From Eledone cirrhosa (Eukaryota): a stretch of DNA of 64,000 nt. The DNA is taken from NCBI GenBank assembly GCA_964016885.1, contig OZ024742.1, forward strand, positions 170,934,001 through 170,998,000, in the 5' to 3' direction. The notes beneath the pieces were generated by a model that was not told the DNA's origin, ran no database searches, and was given only the letters and a program-made list of their open reading frames with translations. The translations under genes were made by a program, and so were the position numbers. Shown piece after piece: positions 1-14,795 of this stretch; the first letter of the stretch is position 1, and each line of letters opens with the position of its first letter.

Positions 1-757
<757 letters not shown>

Positions 758-759
758 TA

Positions 760-1144
760 TATATTAAAATAACAGATTAAAGTTTAAACAAAGAATCGCT
801 GCTTTCACCCTTAACGGGATCTTCTGAAACTAAAAAATCAATCTGTGAACGCAGAAGGAAATATTTAGAAAAACGTTGTAATCGAAAGAAAACAGGAAGA
901 TGATACTTTGGTTCGTGAAGACGTTAGGAATGTCGTATAACCGGAAGTGTTGACATTTGAAATTTTAAAGAAGTGAATATTTAAATAATGTCTTTAATCT
1001 TTTAACAAAATTCAGTAGACAAAAATAGCCTCACTTTCTTACTTTGAAAAAGTTACATCTATGGTGCAAATTTGGTGCCGTTTGGTCTAGCCGCATTGGC
1101 AAAATTTTGTTACTTACATACGGTCGTCAGCTTTATAGTATAGA
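760..1144 (-). mobile_element. Helitron-like element with a different 5' half but the same family H HHR module
   Basis: On the minus strand it starts A|TCTATACTATAAAG. Bases 760-925 are the reverse complement of 315-483, and it ends in TA. Confidence 0.55.
781..831 (-). ncRNA. Hammerhead-like motif (family H, copy 2)
   Basis: Reverse complement reads AGTTT CAGAAGA TCCCGTTAAGGGT GAAAGCAGCGATTCTTTGTTT AAACT. Confidence 0.55.
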
Positions 1145-1196
1145 TACGTATGTGTGTATGTTTGTGTGTGCGCGTGTGTATATACATATATATATG

Positions 1197-1254
<58 letters not shown>

Positions 1255-1436
1255 AAAAAATGAGATGTCGTACACGAGTGAAAGTATAAGGAAAAAAGAT
1301 GAGATCGAAAATGCAACTCGAGTCTTTTTAAGAATATTTACTTGTTTCCGTTACCGGTTTCACAGTTCTTATGCTTTTCAAAAGTAGAAATGAGATGGAG
1401 GGTATGTGGTTTATTAGGTTCACGCTCTTGAGAGTG

Positions 1437-1483
<47 letters not shown>

Positions 1484-3034
1484 TGTAGGTATTACGGTGA
1501 AATACTGGTGTTGGTTCCAAATCAAGCACTAAATGCACAGGCAGATCGAAACTGGAGTCGGGTCCATCACTCCTATGGATCATCTTGAGCCAATCCTCTG
1601 CGTAACAGGTCGATACGCAATAAACATTTTTCATATGTAAACGAAACTTCCTCGTTTTTTCTATTATATATATATATATATTTAAATATAGTATATTAGT
1701 ATACATATATATACATGTTTTATAGACATTAATTGAGTCCACACGTCAGAAGAGTACATAGATTCTGGAGTCAGGTCTTTCACATCCATGAGAATTTCGA
1801 GCCAATTATCTATGAAACATTTCTAACTGTCGATATAAAATAAAACAATTTTAACATGAAAATTCGTTATATCATACTTTATATAAATAATATACCACAG
1901 CATTGACTGCTCACACTGCTGCCTGTAGTAATCAACAAAATTACAGATCGAGCCTTGAACTGATCAATGGCGAAACGCGCCTCACTACTCAATAATCGTA
2001 TAAATAATCGTGTTTATACGATTATAATCGTATTTATACGATTATATTCGTATAAATATTTATACGATTATAATCGTATAAATAATTGTGTCAACTTCTT
2101 ATATGTATATATATATGTATATATGTCCATATGCCTCTGCGCTCACTGATTATCGAACCAGACAACTTAAAAAAAAAGAATACCTTCAAAAATTGTCAGT
2201 GTTCGAATAAAATTGAGTTAAATTGGTTAGTGGACTTAATCGATTACAGTATTTGATACATAAATACAACGTGATTTGTACTTTAGTTGCTTGTTGTTTC
2301 AGCATTGGTTGGAAAACAAAAGGATTGTATATGTTGGACAAATCGAAGTGTACAATGTGTAATGAGTGGTATTATATTGTCTGAAATAATGAAATTTAAG
2401 TAAAGTAACTTTCATATACATTGCTATATGCGTTGGCTGAAGGCTAATGGAAATTATTTCTTCAGTGGCCTTGAGATATAAAATGTTAACAGTTGTTCAA
2501 TTCACAGTTTCGTGTAATATTTCCCATAAAACTAATTGGGAAGTTTCACACATTACGTAGTAAGCTATCACGGCACTCTATTGTAAAACTCCTAAACCGT
2601 TTAAAATCGCCAATAAAATTTACTTTCCCTTGTATTAATGATCCAGAATTAAGTCTTAAGAAAGTTTCAAGTGCCAAGATCCAATTACAGAGTTACGTAT
2701 TGCGGGTTGGTATTTCTGGTTTTGGGCCAACACTAATTATTATGGAATCGGAACATCTTGCCTGAAGAAATACTCCATTGAAGAACTGTTTCTCTATATC
2801 TCATTAACATTACATTATGGATTTCAAAGCAAAAGCATAAAATGCTTTGAGGTAATACACACTTTATATTCAATGATATATCTTATGCAGTGAGCTGTAT
2901 AATATATTAACGGACAGACCTCAGAATTTCTCCAACCATTAAACATACCCTACATTGCAAAAGCTTTCATACATTTTCTCAAAATGTCATAAGATTTTCT
3001 TATTTTTATATTTAATAGTTATATATATATACAT

Positions 3035-3111
3035 CAAGGTGTCCTCCCAAAATGTATACACACTTCAACAGCATTATATAAAAGTGTGTATACATTTTTG
3101 GGGACACCCTG
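3035..3111. mobile_element. Tiny Tc1/mariner-like MITE
   Basis: Imperfect terminal inverted repeats CAAGGTGTCCTCCCAAAATGTATACACACTT / AAGTGTGTATACATTTTTGGGGACACCCTG followed by TA. A related copy lies at 41711-41811. Confidence 0.6.

Positions 3112-3112
<1 letters not shown>

Positions 3113-3207
<95 letters not shown>
3113..3207. repeat. (CA)n microsatellite
   Basis: Perfect CA run. Confidence 0.95.
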
Positions 3208-3210
<3 letters not shown>

Positions 3211-3440
3211 GCATATATATATTTCGTTTCTGAATTTGTTTTGCAAGATTCTTTATCTGAAAACGTGTGTTGAAACCGATATTGTTATACTTTGGGAGGG
3301 TCATGTTGCCAATAAGAAACACACGCACCAGTTGCTTTCACTCCAATTTATTATAAATTAAATTATAAATTTATAAAAAATCTATAAATTTCCGGTTGGT
3401 TGGTTGGTTGGTTTCACAACCGGACGGTTGTTCATATATT

Positions 3441-3483
3441 GTCAAAGTTCTTTCGTCACACATTCTGTCACCTCATCAGTGAC
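3441..3483 (-). ncRNA. Minimal type I hammerhead (family C pLTR)
   Basis: Reverse complement reads GTCA CTGATGA G GTGACA GAATG TGTGAC GAAA GAACTT TGAC. Confidence 0.65.
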
Positions 3484-4548
3484 CGGGGCTTCTTATCTTT
3501 GTTTTTTGCCCCTCCTTTGTTCTGTCCTACGCCATCTTGTTTTTGTGTGTGTTGTGTGTTTAGTTTGCGCATGTGTTACTTCCGGCTGTCTGTGTGTGTT
3601 TGTATTTGTTTATTTATTTGTTTATTTACATGCTACTAGTTGGTTGTTTGTTCTATGTGTGTGTGTTTTCATTTTGTCCTTAATTGTAAGTTGTGATGTT
3701 GCTATTCCATTCATGTTTTCTATTTAATTTTGGTTGGAGTTCATTTATGTTTATTGCCTCTGTGATTTGTCTAAACATTGCGTCTTTTCTGTGCGAAGAT
3801 TTTATTTTTATTTCTATGTTCTCTAATTTGCCCTTATGTTCTATTTTAGCATGTTGGTGGAGTACTGGTGAGTCTTTTCTATCTTGAGCTCTCGCCAGTG
3901 TTCATCTTATTGCGGATTTAGTACGGGTGATGAGGAAAGTACCTCGCATGTGCAACCCCAAAGAACTAAAGAGACACATATAACACTTCATCCACCGTAT
4001 GCAGTTCTCTGGTTACAATCAGAGAGATAAAATCAGAGTATATAGAGGAGCCAGAACCAAATTGGAAAAAATGGTAAATAATGATACAAATGGGACCTGC
4101 CCCTTGTATAGGAGCACATTTTGGAATAGAATAGAAAGAACTAGGAATAAGGTTAATAGAATAAACTCATGGTATGATAGCAATAAATACCAGAGTGTAA
4201 TGTTCATCAATACAACCTCTAGAGGTGAACTAGCTTACAAATATAGAAGGGCCCAAGATAAACTTAAACTAAATATTAAGATAGTAGAAAGACCAGGTAC
4301 CTCCATAAAAATACTTATGTGTAATACATACCCTTTTCAAAGACCTCCCTGTAAAGACAAAATGAAAACACACACATTGAACAAACAACCAACTAGTAAC
4401 ATGTAAATAAACAAATAAATAAACAAATAAAAACACACACATACACCCGGATGTAACATATGCGCAAACTAAGCACACAAAACACACAAAAACAAGATGG
4501 CGTAGGACAGAACAAAGGAGAGGCACAAAACAAAGAAAAGAATCCCCG

Positions 4549-4591
4549 GTCACTGATGAGGTGACAGAATGTATGACGAAAGAACTTTGTC
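4549..4591 (+). ncRNA. Degenerate minimal hammerhead (family C pLTR)
   Basis: GTCA CTGATGA G GTGACAGAATGTATGAC GAAA GAACTT TGTC, with mismatches in stems I and II. Confidence 0.5.
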
Positions 4592-4750
4592 AATATATGA
4601 ACAACCGTCCGGTTGTGGAACCAACCAGCCAATCAACCGGAAATTTATAGATTTTTTTTAAAATTTATAATTTAATTTATAATAAATTGGAGTGAAAGCA
4701 ACTGGTGCGTGTGTTTCTTATTGGCAACATGACCCTCCCAAAGTATAACA

Positions 4751-4781
<31 letters not shown>

Positions 4782-5099
4782 TATTCTGATTATAATAGAT
4801 TATATATTTTTACTGTTTACTGTTTTGCTTAAATATATATTTCCCACAAAATACATAAATGTATCTAGTGCTTTGTAAGAAGAGTAGATGTGAAGTTGTC
4901 ACGTTCAAGTTTTCGAAACATTGATTAACAACGTAAGCGATGTGAAGTGGTTTTGACGATGATGAATCAACACCATTTCAATGATTTTCTTGGCTAGATA
5001 TTTCATAATCTATTATACAAATATTATTATAAATAAAACTCATTTTGTCATATAATATATAGTAGGAAGAGAATTGGTGTTGGATTAAATGCTTTAATA

Positions 5100-5470
5100 A
5101 TTGTTCCGGCTCGTTGTGCTTTTATTTCAAATCTCGCTGAGCCCCACTTTACCGTTCATCTCTTCGGGGTCAATAAGTAAAGCATTAGTTTAGGGATCAA
5201 AGGATTAGCAGAATTGTTAATATGTTGGGCAGGATGCTTTCTGGTATCTGATCCGGAATTATGAGTTCTAAGATCAAATCCTGACCCGTTCTGCCAAGCC
5301 TTGCAAGAGACAAGTAGTCATAGAAACACTAACGGAGACATAGTTGGCTCGATCTGATAAGCTTCTTTCCTTGCCTTTTAAAGGGTTAAAATAGAGATAT
5401 TTTTTCTACGTTTCTGCGTTCTGAGTTCACATCATGCCGAGGTCCACGTAGCTTTAATCATTTAGTTATA
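5100..5470 (+). mobile_element. Degenerate tRNA-derived SINE fragments
   Basis: TTCAAATCTCGCTGAG...TTCATCTCTTCGGGGTCAATAAGTAAAG and CTGAGTTCACATCATGCCGAGGTC resemble the SINE at 56692-56885. Confidence 0.5.
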
Positions 5471-5744
5471 TCTGTATAATTACAGAGTGCATAACCGCGA
5501 CCCCATCGAGATATATAAATGTATACTGATATGCAGGCTTACAAACATACCAGAAAATATGAATTTCGCTGTAAATTGAAAAAAATGATAAATATCTTTA
5601 ATCGATTCTCAGATCTTATTGGACCCTCATCAGAACACGTGTATATCATCCAATCAGTAAGATGAGGGCTGATCTACTATCATAGAAACATTTGAGGTCA
5701 GCGATAGATGTTTTACAAAAGTTTGTTATCAGAAACAATTACCT

Positions 5745-5885
5745 CATCTCGCGCTTTTGTTATTTCGTTTGCAAGATTTTTGTTGTGATATCCTGTGATG
5801 AAACAAACATTGTTAAACTTTGGGAGGGCCATGCTGCCAATTAAAACACACGCACCGGCTGAGGTTTACTCCAGTTTAATTTTTA
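5745..5885 (-). mobile_element. Diverged PLE pLTR/ORF-start fragment related to families B and C
   Basis: TTGTTAAACTTTGGGAGGGCCATGCTGCCAATTAAAACACACGCACC resembles 3283-3330. Confidence 0.65.
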
Positions 5886-6729
5886 ATCAAGCAATTAATC
5901 CATTCACCAGTTGATTACTCAACTAATTAATTGTAAATGTCCTTTCGTCACAGCCTGTGACCTTATCGATGACTATTGCTCTCATTTTCTCCCCCTTGTC
6001 CTCCCTTACTCCATCATGTATTCCATTTATATCTTCATAGTGGATATTTAACCCTGATTGACTAATATGTATATTAAATGTCAGTTGAAAGCTTTCAAAA
6101 TTCCCCGTAGTCTTAATTACATAACATAATTGTACACGAAACGTTTCGTTCGACATATTTAGAAAGAAAATCTAAAACTATAAAAGTTAACCAATTCATA
6201 AAAATGCTGTTTAATTTTTTCTTTCTAAGAATATTTTATAGCTAGTATACTTTACTTATTGCTGAAAGATATACTTTCACAAGAAATAAAATATTGCAAG
6301 TATTTTCATAGAATTTTAACTTTGACTTATTGGAGATCATTCCGGGTATCGTATATTTATTTTTTTACGATTGAATCTAGTTTTCCTTACACTGCAGATA
6401 TTCGACAGAATCTACGTCAATGCAAATATCATCTTAGTATATAAAAAAAACAGATATTTCTATGGAATCACGCAGAGTGGCATCAATTGCTTCTTGAAGA
6501 AAAAAAGAAGCATTAACAATTTTTATATCGTGTTCATTCTGGGAGATAGTATTGGGTTATATTTCTTGAAGAATATAGTAGTCTAGTTCTATCTGACTCG
6601 CTGATTACTTTGTGTTCCTTTTCATAGAAAGGTTTTCATGGATAGTTATTGCTGTTGTTGTTGGTGTTGTAGCCTCATGTCAGCCTTGGTCGAGAAGACT
6701 TCATCAAAATCATTTGAGTTATGATCATG

Positions 6730-6730
<1 letters not shown>

Positions 6731-6760
<30 letters not shown>

Positions 6761-6860
6761 CTTCTTCTTCTTCTTCTTCTTCTTCTTCTTCTTCTTCTTC
6801 TTCTTCTTCTTCTTCTTCTTCTTCTTCTTCTTCTTCTTCTTCTTCTTCTTCTTCTTCTTC
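6731..6860. repeat. (CTT)n microsatellite
   Basis: Perfect trinucleotide run. Confidence 0.95.
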
Positions 6861-6897
6861 CAACTCTCTCGCCCTTTCTTTCTCTTTATTATTATTA

Positions 6898-6968
<71 letters not shown>

Positions 6969-7110
6969 ATACTTTGGGAGAGTCATGTTGCCAATAAGAA
7001 ACACACGCACCAATTGCTTTCACTTCAATTTATTATATATTTATAAAGTTACAAATTTATAAATTTCTGGTTGGTTGGTTGGTTCCACAACCAGATAGTT
7101 GTTTATATAT

Positions 7111-7155
7111 AGTCATAGTCCTTTCGTCACACACTCTGTGACCTCTTCAGTAACT
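7111..7155 (-). ncRNA. Minimal type I hammerhead (family C)
   Basis: Reverse complement of 7267-7311. Confidence 0.72.
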
Positions 7156-7266
7156 GGGGATTCCTTTCTTTGTTTCTGTGCATTTCCTTTCTTCTGTCCT
7201 ACGCCATTTTGAAAATGGCGTAGGACAGAAGAAAGGAAAGGCACAGAAACAAAGAAAGGAATCCCC

Positions 7267-7311
7267 AGTTACTGAAGAGGTCACAGAGTGTGTGACGAAA
7301 GGACTATGACT
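7267..7311 (+). ncRNA. Minimal type I hammerhead (family C)
   Basis: AGTTA CTGAAGA G GTCACA GAGTG TGTGAC GAAA GGAC TA TGACT: 5-bp stem I, 6-bp stem II, minimal stem III, CUA triplet. Confidence 0.72.
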
Positions 7312-7522
7312 ATATATAAACAACTATCTGGTTGTGGAACCAACCAACCACCAGAAATTTATAAATTTGTAAATTTGTAACTTTATAAATATATAATAAA
7401 TTGAAGTGAAACCAACTGGTGCGTGTGTTTCTTATTGGCAACATGACCCTCCCAAAGTATAACAATATCGCTTTCAACACACGATTTCAGATAAAGAATC
7501 TTGCTAAACAAATTCAGAAACG

Positions 7523-7577
<55 letters not shown>

Positions 7578-7817
7578 GTACGGCTGATACTTAAATATAA
7601 GTATGTACATACATATATGTATACAGACGTACAGTAGTATGTATATATATATACATACATGCGCACATATATATATATATATATATATGTACGTATGGAT
7701 TCACCGTACATTTATTATAATGCTAGGTGTGTTTGTAAACAAACATCCCGTATTAAGCCGTAGTGTCCAGCAACCACAGCAACCATCGTTGCTCGTTTGT
7801 TCAACACTGACAAAGGA

Positions 7818-7860
7818 ACGCTGTACTAGTTCCAAGCTTATTAGCTATCGTCAGCAACGT
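7818..7860 (-). ncRNA. Minimal hammerhead (family F) with GAAA mutated to GGAA
   Basis: Reverse complement reads ACGTTG CTGACGA TAGCTAATAAGCTT GGAAC TA GTA CAGCGT. Confidence 0.55.
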
Positions 7861-8616
7861 ATACCTTCCTGCCAGATTGTTGAACGTATATACTTACCTT
7901 ATGCATATTAACGGCTGAGTAGCCCAATTTGCATATCAAGTGGGTTAATCGGCCGGGTGCACCGAAAACGATAAACGGATAAATGAAACGAAATTTCATT
8001 TCCCACTCTTAGTACGGCTGTTACTTAAATATAAGTATGTACACGTACATACATATATGTATACAGACGTACAGTAGTATGTATATATATATACATACAT
8101 ACACACATATATATATATGTACGTATGGATTCACCGAACATTTATTATAATGCTCGGTGTGTTTGTAAACAAACATCCCGTATTAAGCCGTAGTGTCCAG
8201 CAACCATCGTTCCTCGTTTGTTCAACACTGACAAAGGAACGCAGTACTAGTTTCAAGCTTATTAGCAACGATGGTTGCTGGACACTACGGCTTAATATGG
8301 GATGTTTGTTTACAAACACACCGAGCATTATAATAAACGTTCGGTGAATCCATACGTACATATATATATGTGTGCAAGTATGTATATATACATACATACT
8401 ACTGTACGTCTGTATACATATATGTATGTACGTGTACATACTTATATTTAAGTAACAGCCGTACTAAGAGTGGGAAATGAAATTTCGTTTCATTTTTTCC
8501 GTTTATCGTTTTCGTTGCACCCGGCCGATTAACCCAGTCGATATGCAAATTGGGCTACTCAGCCGTTAATATGCATAAGGTAAGTATATACGTTCAACAA
8601 ACTGGCAGGAAGGTAT

Positions 8617-8659
8617 ACGTTGCTGACGATAGCTAATATGCTTGAAACTAGTACAGCGT
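8617..8659 (+). ncRNA. Minimal type I hammerhead (family F)
   Basis: ACGTTG CTGACGA TAGC TAATAT GCTT GAAAC TA GTA CAGCGT: 6-bp stem I, palindromic CTAG stem III, GUA triplet. Confidence 0.8.
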
Positions 8660-8872
8660 TCCTTTGTCAGTGTTGAACAAACGAGCAACGATGGTTGCTG
8701 GACACTACGGCTTAATACGGGATGTTTGTTTACAAACACACCGAGCATTATAATAAATGTTCGGTGAATCCATACGTACATATATATATATGTGTGCATG
8801 TATGTATATATATATATATACATACTACTGTGCGTCTGTATACATATATGTATGTACGTGTACATACTTATA

Positions 8873-8926
<54 letters not shown>

Positions 8927-11615
8927 CTCATATTTAATTTAAAAAAAAAGGGTTTTCTGAGGAGGAACGGAAAGAGGCGAAATTAAGTAAGGTAATCATA
9001 TCATTAAGTAGAGGTGTACGATTTGTTTCATATAGAAATGTATTCTACGGGACTAGTACGGTTTCATTTATATAGAAGCTATACACACACACTCACACAC
9101 ACACAATATATATATATATAAACCTTTTAAGGTTCGATTATTTTTGTACAAATAATCACCAATGTCCTTGTGGCCAAGTCTTGAGGCACCCCTTAACCAT
9201 TTCATTGTTTTAATGCATCAGTTAGGTATAAAACTTCAATAATAATTCTCATTTCAATTAATTTATCTTCAAATGGCTTTCCATCCTGGCCAAGCCTGCT
9301 AAATCCACAACATCATGTCGTATCTCAAAATCTTTATAATTTTATAAGACGTTTCTTGCTTTGTTTTCACGGATGCATATTTGTTAAAGAAAATACCATA
9401 AACCAATCGTTCTGTAAAGTCTGGCCTCTTCCCAATCCCATTCCCATTCCTGTCGTTGCTGTTGTTATTGTTGATTTTTATTGTTTATGTTGCTACTGTT
9501 GTACACTGTACTACATTATCCAGTGAGTCATTCTTAAGAAAATACAGTGTAATTTGAGGGAGATATAATCTGTATCCATGTTGGGTAGCAGGCATGTGTT
9601 TGCTAATGGTTTTATGGTAGTTTATCTTCAGTAATAATTGTTTCTGATTTAGGAAATAATGATAGTAATAATGATAGTAGATCCCTTCATCAGCAAAAGC
9701 AATGGGGACATTTGGAAATGCCTAGAACAGTTAGTTTACACCTCTAACATCTTATATAATTGATAATTAAAATTTCCTGGGGGATTGATGGCATTCAATA
9801 ATTAACTACCTGGATTATTTATCAGTTATGATTTGATTAACTCCCTAATTAAATCCACATAGAAACAAATCCATGTTACCACTACTGACCTGTATTGTTA
9901 TGTAATCGTTTATTAAGAGTTCTCTTCACCACAAGGAGATAAAGAAAGGTTTATCTGTAGCAGCTATACAGAGTACGTTAAAAGAGACAAGACAGACAAA
10001 GCTGGTTTGTAATAGACAATATAACAAATGCAGTAGTTGTTGGCCAGACTACTAAAGTACACTAACTAGACAAGTGCCTCTCAAGGTGAGGTGTGGCAAT
10101 ACGTTGGTGAAATGTATGACTTCAGAATGAGGCGTATATAATATGTTATATATAGGTTTTATTCCATCGTGGTGGGGCGCATAGTCTTTTCTTGCTTCGA
10201 AAAATTGAAAAGGGGCGTGCCACAAAGCGGACACTGCACTAGATTAATAGTTACAAGCGTTTAGAAACGGATTTATTTGGGGTGTACTATTAATAATACA
10301 GAAAAGACAACAACGACTATGGATTGTTTGGTAATAACATAGAATTAAAGATACAAATTAGATGAGACTACAGAGGGAAATCGATTATATTGACCCTAAT
10401 ACTTGACTTTTGATATATTTTATAAACGTAGGAAGGATCAAAGACAAAATTGACCCCAATGGGATTTGAACACAGAACGTAAATAGCTAAGATTATTTTG
10501 TCTCGTGTTCTAAAACTGGTTGTTCGAGCAGCGGAACAGCCTACCAGGGAAATTAACGTATAAATGGCTGAGCATGCCACATACATGTATACCTTTAACG
10601 TAGTTCTGAGGGATAGTCAGCATGACACAGTGTGTGACAAGGCTGGTCCTCTGAACACAAGTACAACTCAGTTTTGACAGCTGAGTGGGGAGGAGCGGCA
10701 TTAAATAGAGTGTCTTTCTGAAGGACACAACGCGCTATTGGGAAACGATGCAAAACAAGTGCCTTGAACCGGTTTAGGAAGAACACATCGTTTTTCGTTT
10801 GCTTTTGTAAAGAGGGTATTAACCCTGAAGTATTATGTTGAAATATACTGGGTAAGAAAAATGTTACTTTGCTCTGTATTATTTGTCCTTCTATGCCCTT
10901 TATATATTTCTACCGCATTTTTCCGGTTTTCTGAAATATTTATCAATCATTTATCATAAATGTAATCTGAGTTTTTCGAATATTAATAATAACATTCGAT
11001 TCGTTTGCAATTATGCAAACAAGCCTCAATTTTATAACCATGTCAGTAGAATGAACCCTTCATTCTTGCTCTTGTGTTGGCATGTGAACAGAACTGCAGA
11101 CACTGTGTATCAAATCACCGCTCGGAATCGAACTTAGGACATAGCAATCGAGAGCGGAACATCATAACGGCTAACGTCAAATGCCTACGCGTGCCTGAAC
11201 TATTACAAGTTCCAAATGTAAAGCATAGTAGTATTACGCCAACAGGTTAAAGTGACACGAATTTTAATGATAATTTATGGAAATATAACTCATCGAATAT
11301 CGAGTAATACTTCAGTTTCTTAATTCCTTAATTATTTCAACATGACACGACCATGTACATTTCGTTTTTATAGGCTTCAAAAATTATTTGAAAAATATCT
11401 CTTAAAACATTCACATTTTAAATTATACATTGTCAATATATATTTTTTAGATATTTTAAATATATAGAAATATCCCATAAATATTTAAATTTAATTCTCG
11501 TTTTGACAATTATATCACAGAAATGATAAAATAATAAAGAAATGGACAAAGAGGAGATAGGTTTGTGTGTATCGGGATGACGACTATTAAATATTTAGGA
11601 CCATTTTAGATTATA

Positions 11616-12515
<900 letters not shown>

Positions 12516-12555
12516 ATATAATAAATAACAAAGAACGCCTATAGCATATGCATAT

Positions 12556-12613
12556 CTTTACTTGCTAACATTGTTTCATCCGCACTATAAGTGGGACTCA
12601 TCAGAGCATAAAG
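12556..12613 (-). ncRNA. Type I hammerhead ribozyme (family A, left arm)
   Basis: Reverse complement of 20027-20084. Confidence 0.8.
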
Positions 12614-13163
12614 GTTAATTACATACCATACAAGCAATAACAAATCCAAGACATTGAAGAATGAAAAATAATAGAAGATAAAGGATATTAAGGAAGTAAA
12701 AGTAAAAATAAGAATAAAAATAAAAATAAAAATAAAAATAAAAATAAAATAATAAAATAAACAATGAAAAATAAGGGGTGCTATCAGTCACAGTTGGGCG
12801 GGGTGCTGTCAACATATAGTTACATACAAGCATACACATGGATAAGAGAACAGACAAGAGTAGATAAGATAGATAGGATTAGGTAAGAGTAGGTAAAAAA
12901 TAGGTGAAAAACAGACTTATAATATATATAAGAAAATATAAAGAAATATATAACAAACTTACATATAAAATATAAAATATACAGATAATAGTGATACAGG
13001 GTAAGGAATGAAATAAAATAATACAAAATTAAAATTAAAATTATATAAAATAGAACATAATATAATATAATCATAAAATAAGATAAAATAAGGTAAACTA
13101 AAATAAAATAAAATAAAATAGACTAAAGTAAAATAATATAATATAAGATATAATTAAATGTAA

Positions 13164-13203
<40 letters not shown>

Positions 13204-13241
13204 AATTAAATAAATAAATAAAATTAAAATTAAAATTAAAT

Positions 13242-13285
<44 letters not shown>

Positions 13286-14795
13286 GTAAATAAATAAATA
13301 AATAAATAAATAAATGAAATTAAATAAGTAAATAAATAAAATTAGATAAAATGAAATGAAATAAAATAAAATAAAATGAAATAAAGTAAATTGAGATAAG
13401 ATATATATTTTTTTAGAATATATCTCTTGAATATATCAGGGGCCCACGAAGGCACTAAGTGTCACAGTTATCTGTATCACTTGACCATTTTTTAAAAATA
13501 TATTTCTTGAAAATATCAGGGGCCCACGAAGGCACTAAGTGTCACAGTCCCCAGTATCACTTGACCATTGCAAGGCAATGGAGGCGTCCCAGGTTGGGCA
13601 GTCTCAAAAGTTCACTCGAAAGTCACGGGTGTGCATTCACACAGTTGAGCGGTGGGGTAATCACAAACCGGTTCACACCCGGGCAGGAGTCCAATGGTCA
13701 AACAGAGGTGCATCGAAGGAAGGTAGGAGAATTCACGTGCAGTAGCAAGCGAGGTGCAGGCGGGTTAGCCAAAGCAAGCAGACACAGTTGGAGCGCATAC
13801 AAAAGATATATAAAAAGACAAAAGATATATAAAAAATAGCTTCAAGAGCCATGAAGTCACCGCATTGGGACATCACAAGATTGTACACATCAATATGTTC
13901 AGCACGTATATGCACATATACACACCACATGCATATGCAGAGACGGTATACATATATATATATATTTTTTTTGTATATACAGACATATACAACCACCTAC
14001 ACCCATACACATATAAATGTATACACAGACACACACGCACACACACACAGCGTAGGACACCCGGGTCAAAGCTGATATTAAACACCGAAATACCACAATA
14101 GGCAAGACCCACCACCACGGATAATACATTCAAAATAAATACATACGATGAGATGTAGTAAAATAAAGTTGAATTCCTACGGAGATAATCATGTCCGCAC
14201 GTGCCATTGCCCGATTCAAGTGTACACAGACCGTTAGTAACTACGGAGGGCTATCGGGGCCAAAACGTTACTTTCGGGATCATAACAACGACCGTCAATA
14301 TATGGAAGGCCGATCGTGCTAGAAAGACTACAACCCCGGGCAAGAGCTCCCAGAAGTCAGCCTGTAGATCTTAAACCACAGAATATGAGGGCAACACGTA
14401 CATGCGCCACGTATCTACTGCTTACGGCGGGATGGCACAGGTCCGCCCACAGTTACAGGCTAAATTTCTAGTAGTGCAGCCTATATCACAGTACACGCTC
14501 TACATAGATACATTACATCACAATTCATGCGCATACAGAGGTACAGATCCACAAGATATACGTCAGGATAGACCCACCAATGCACCAATGGTGGGTAGGC
14601 GAGCGTGGATGGGTTACATCCGCTGTGCCAAACAGGGGTGCTTATTAACATACACACCCACTCACCTGTACACCCCAATATCCAGATCAATATCCTCCCG
14701 CAGGCATACGTATACACTCACCGACTCATATACATAGAAGACCAACAATAGGAGACAGTTACACAAGATAGCCCAACTGGAGAAATAAGGAAGTG

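Larger units (their letters stand above)
3216..4755. mobile_element. Fold-back, internally deleted PLE family C copy
   Basis: Left arm (about 3216-3905, minus) is the family C 3' end, pLTR and tail. Right arm (about 3909-4755, plus) is RT thumb coding sequence (MQFSGYNQRDKIRVY...) joined by a deletion near 4352 to the pLTR. Highly similar to 52704-53921, and both ends abut (TA)n. Confidence 0.88.
6960..7528. mobile_element. Non-coding fold-back made of two family C pLTR ends
   Basis: Near-perfect palindrome centred at about 7211 (ACGCCATTTT G AAAATGGCGT). The right arm has about 60 nt more tail. (TA)n lies on both sides. Confidence 0.88.
7576..8873. mobile_element. Retrozyme-like non-coding element (family F): about 434-bp HHR-bearing tandem units in a fold-back
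   Basis: Unit starts at 7577 and 8011 (period 434). An inversion at about 8264 is followed by the same unit on the other strand (8264-8873). No ORF; flanked by (TA)n. Confidence 0.8.

Noticed and set aside
10560-10860. Possible host exon ending at a GTAAG donor (about 10852)
   Set aside because: No recognisable ORF or partner exons; cannot be supported without RNA-seq.
13459-14737. Extra ORFs in the family A 3' region (126 aa, 111 aa) duplicated in both arms
   Set aside because: They are antisense to the element, have no recognisable motifs, and are conserved only because the arms are recent copies.
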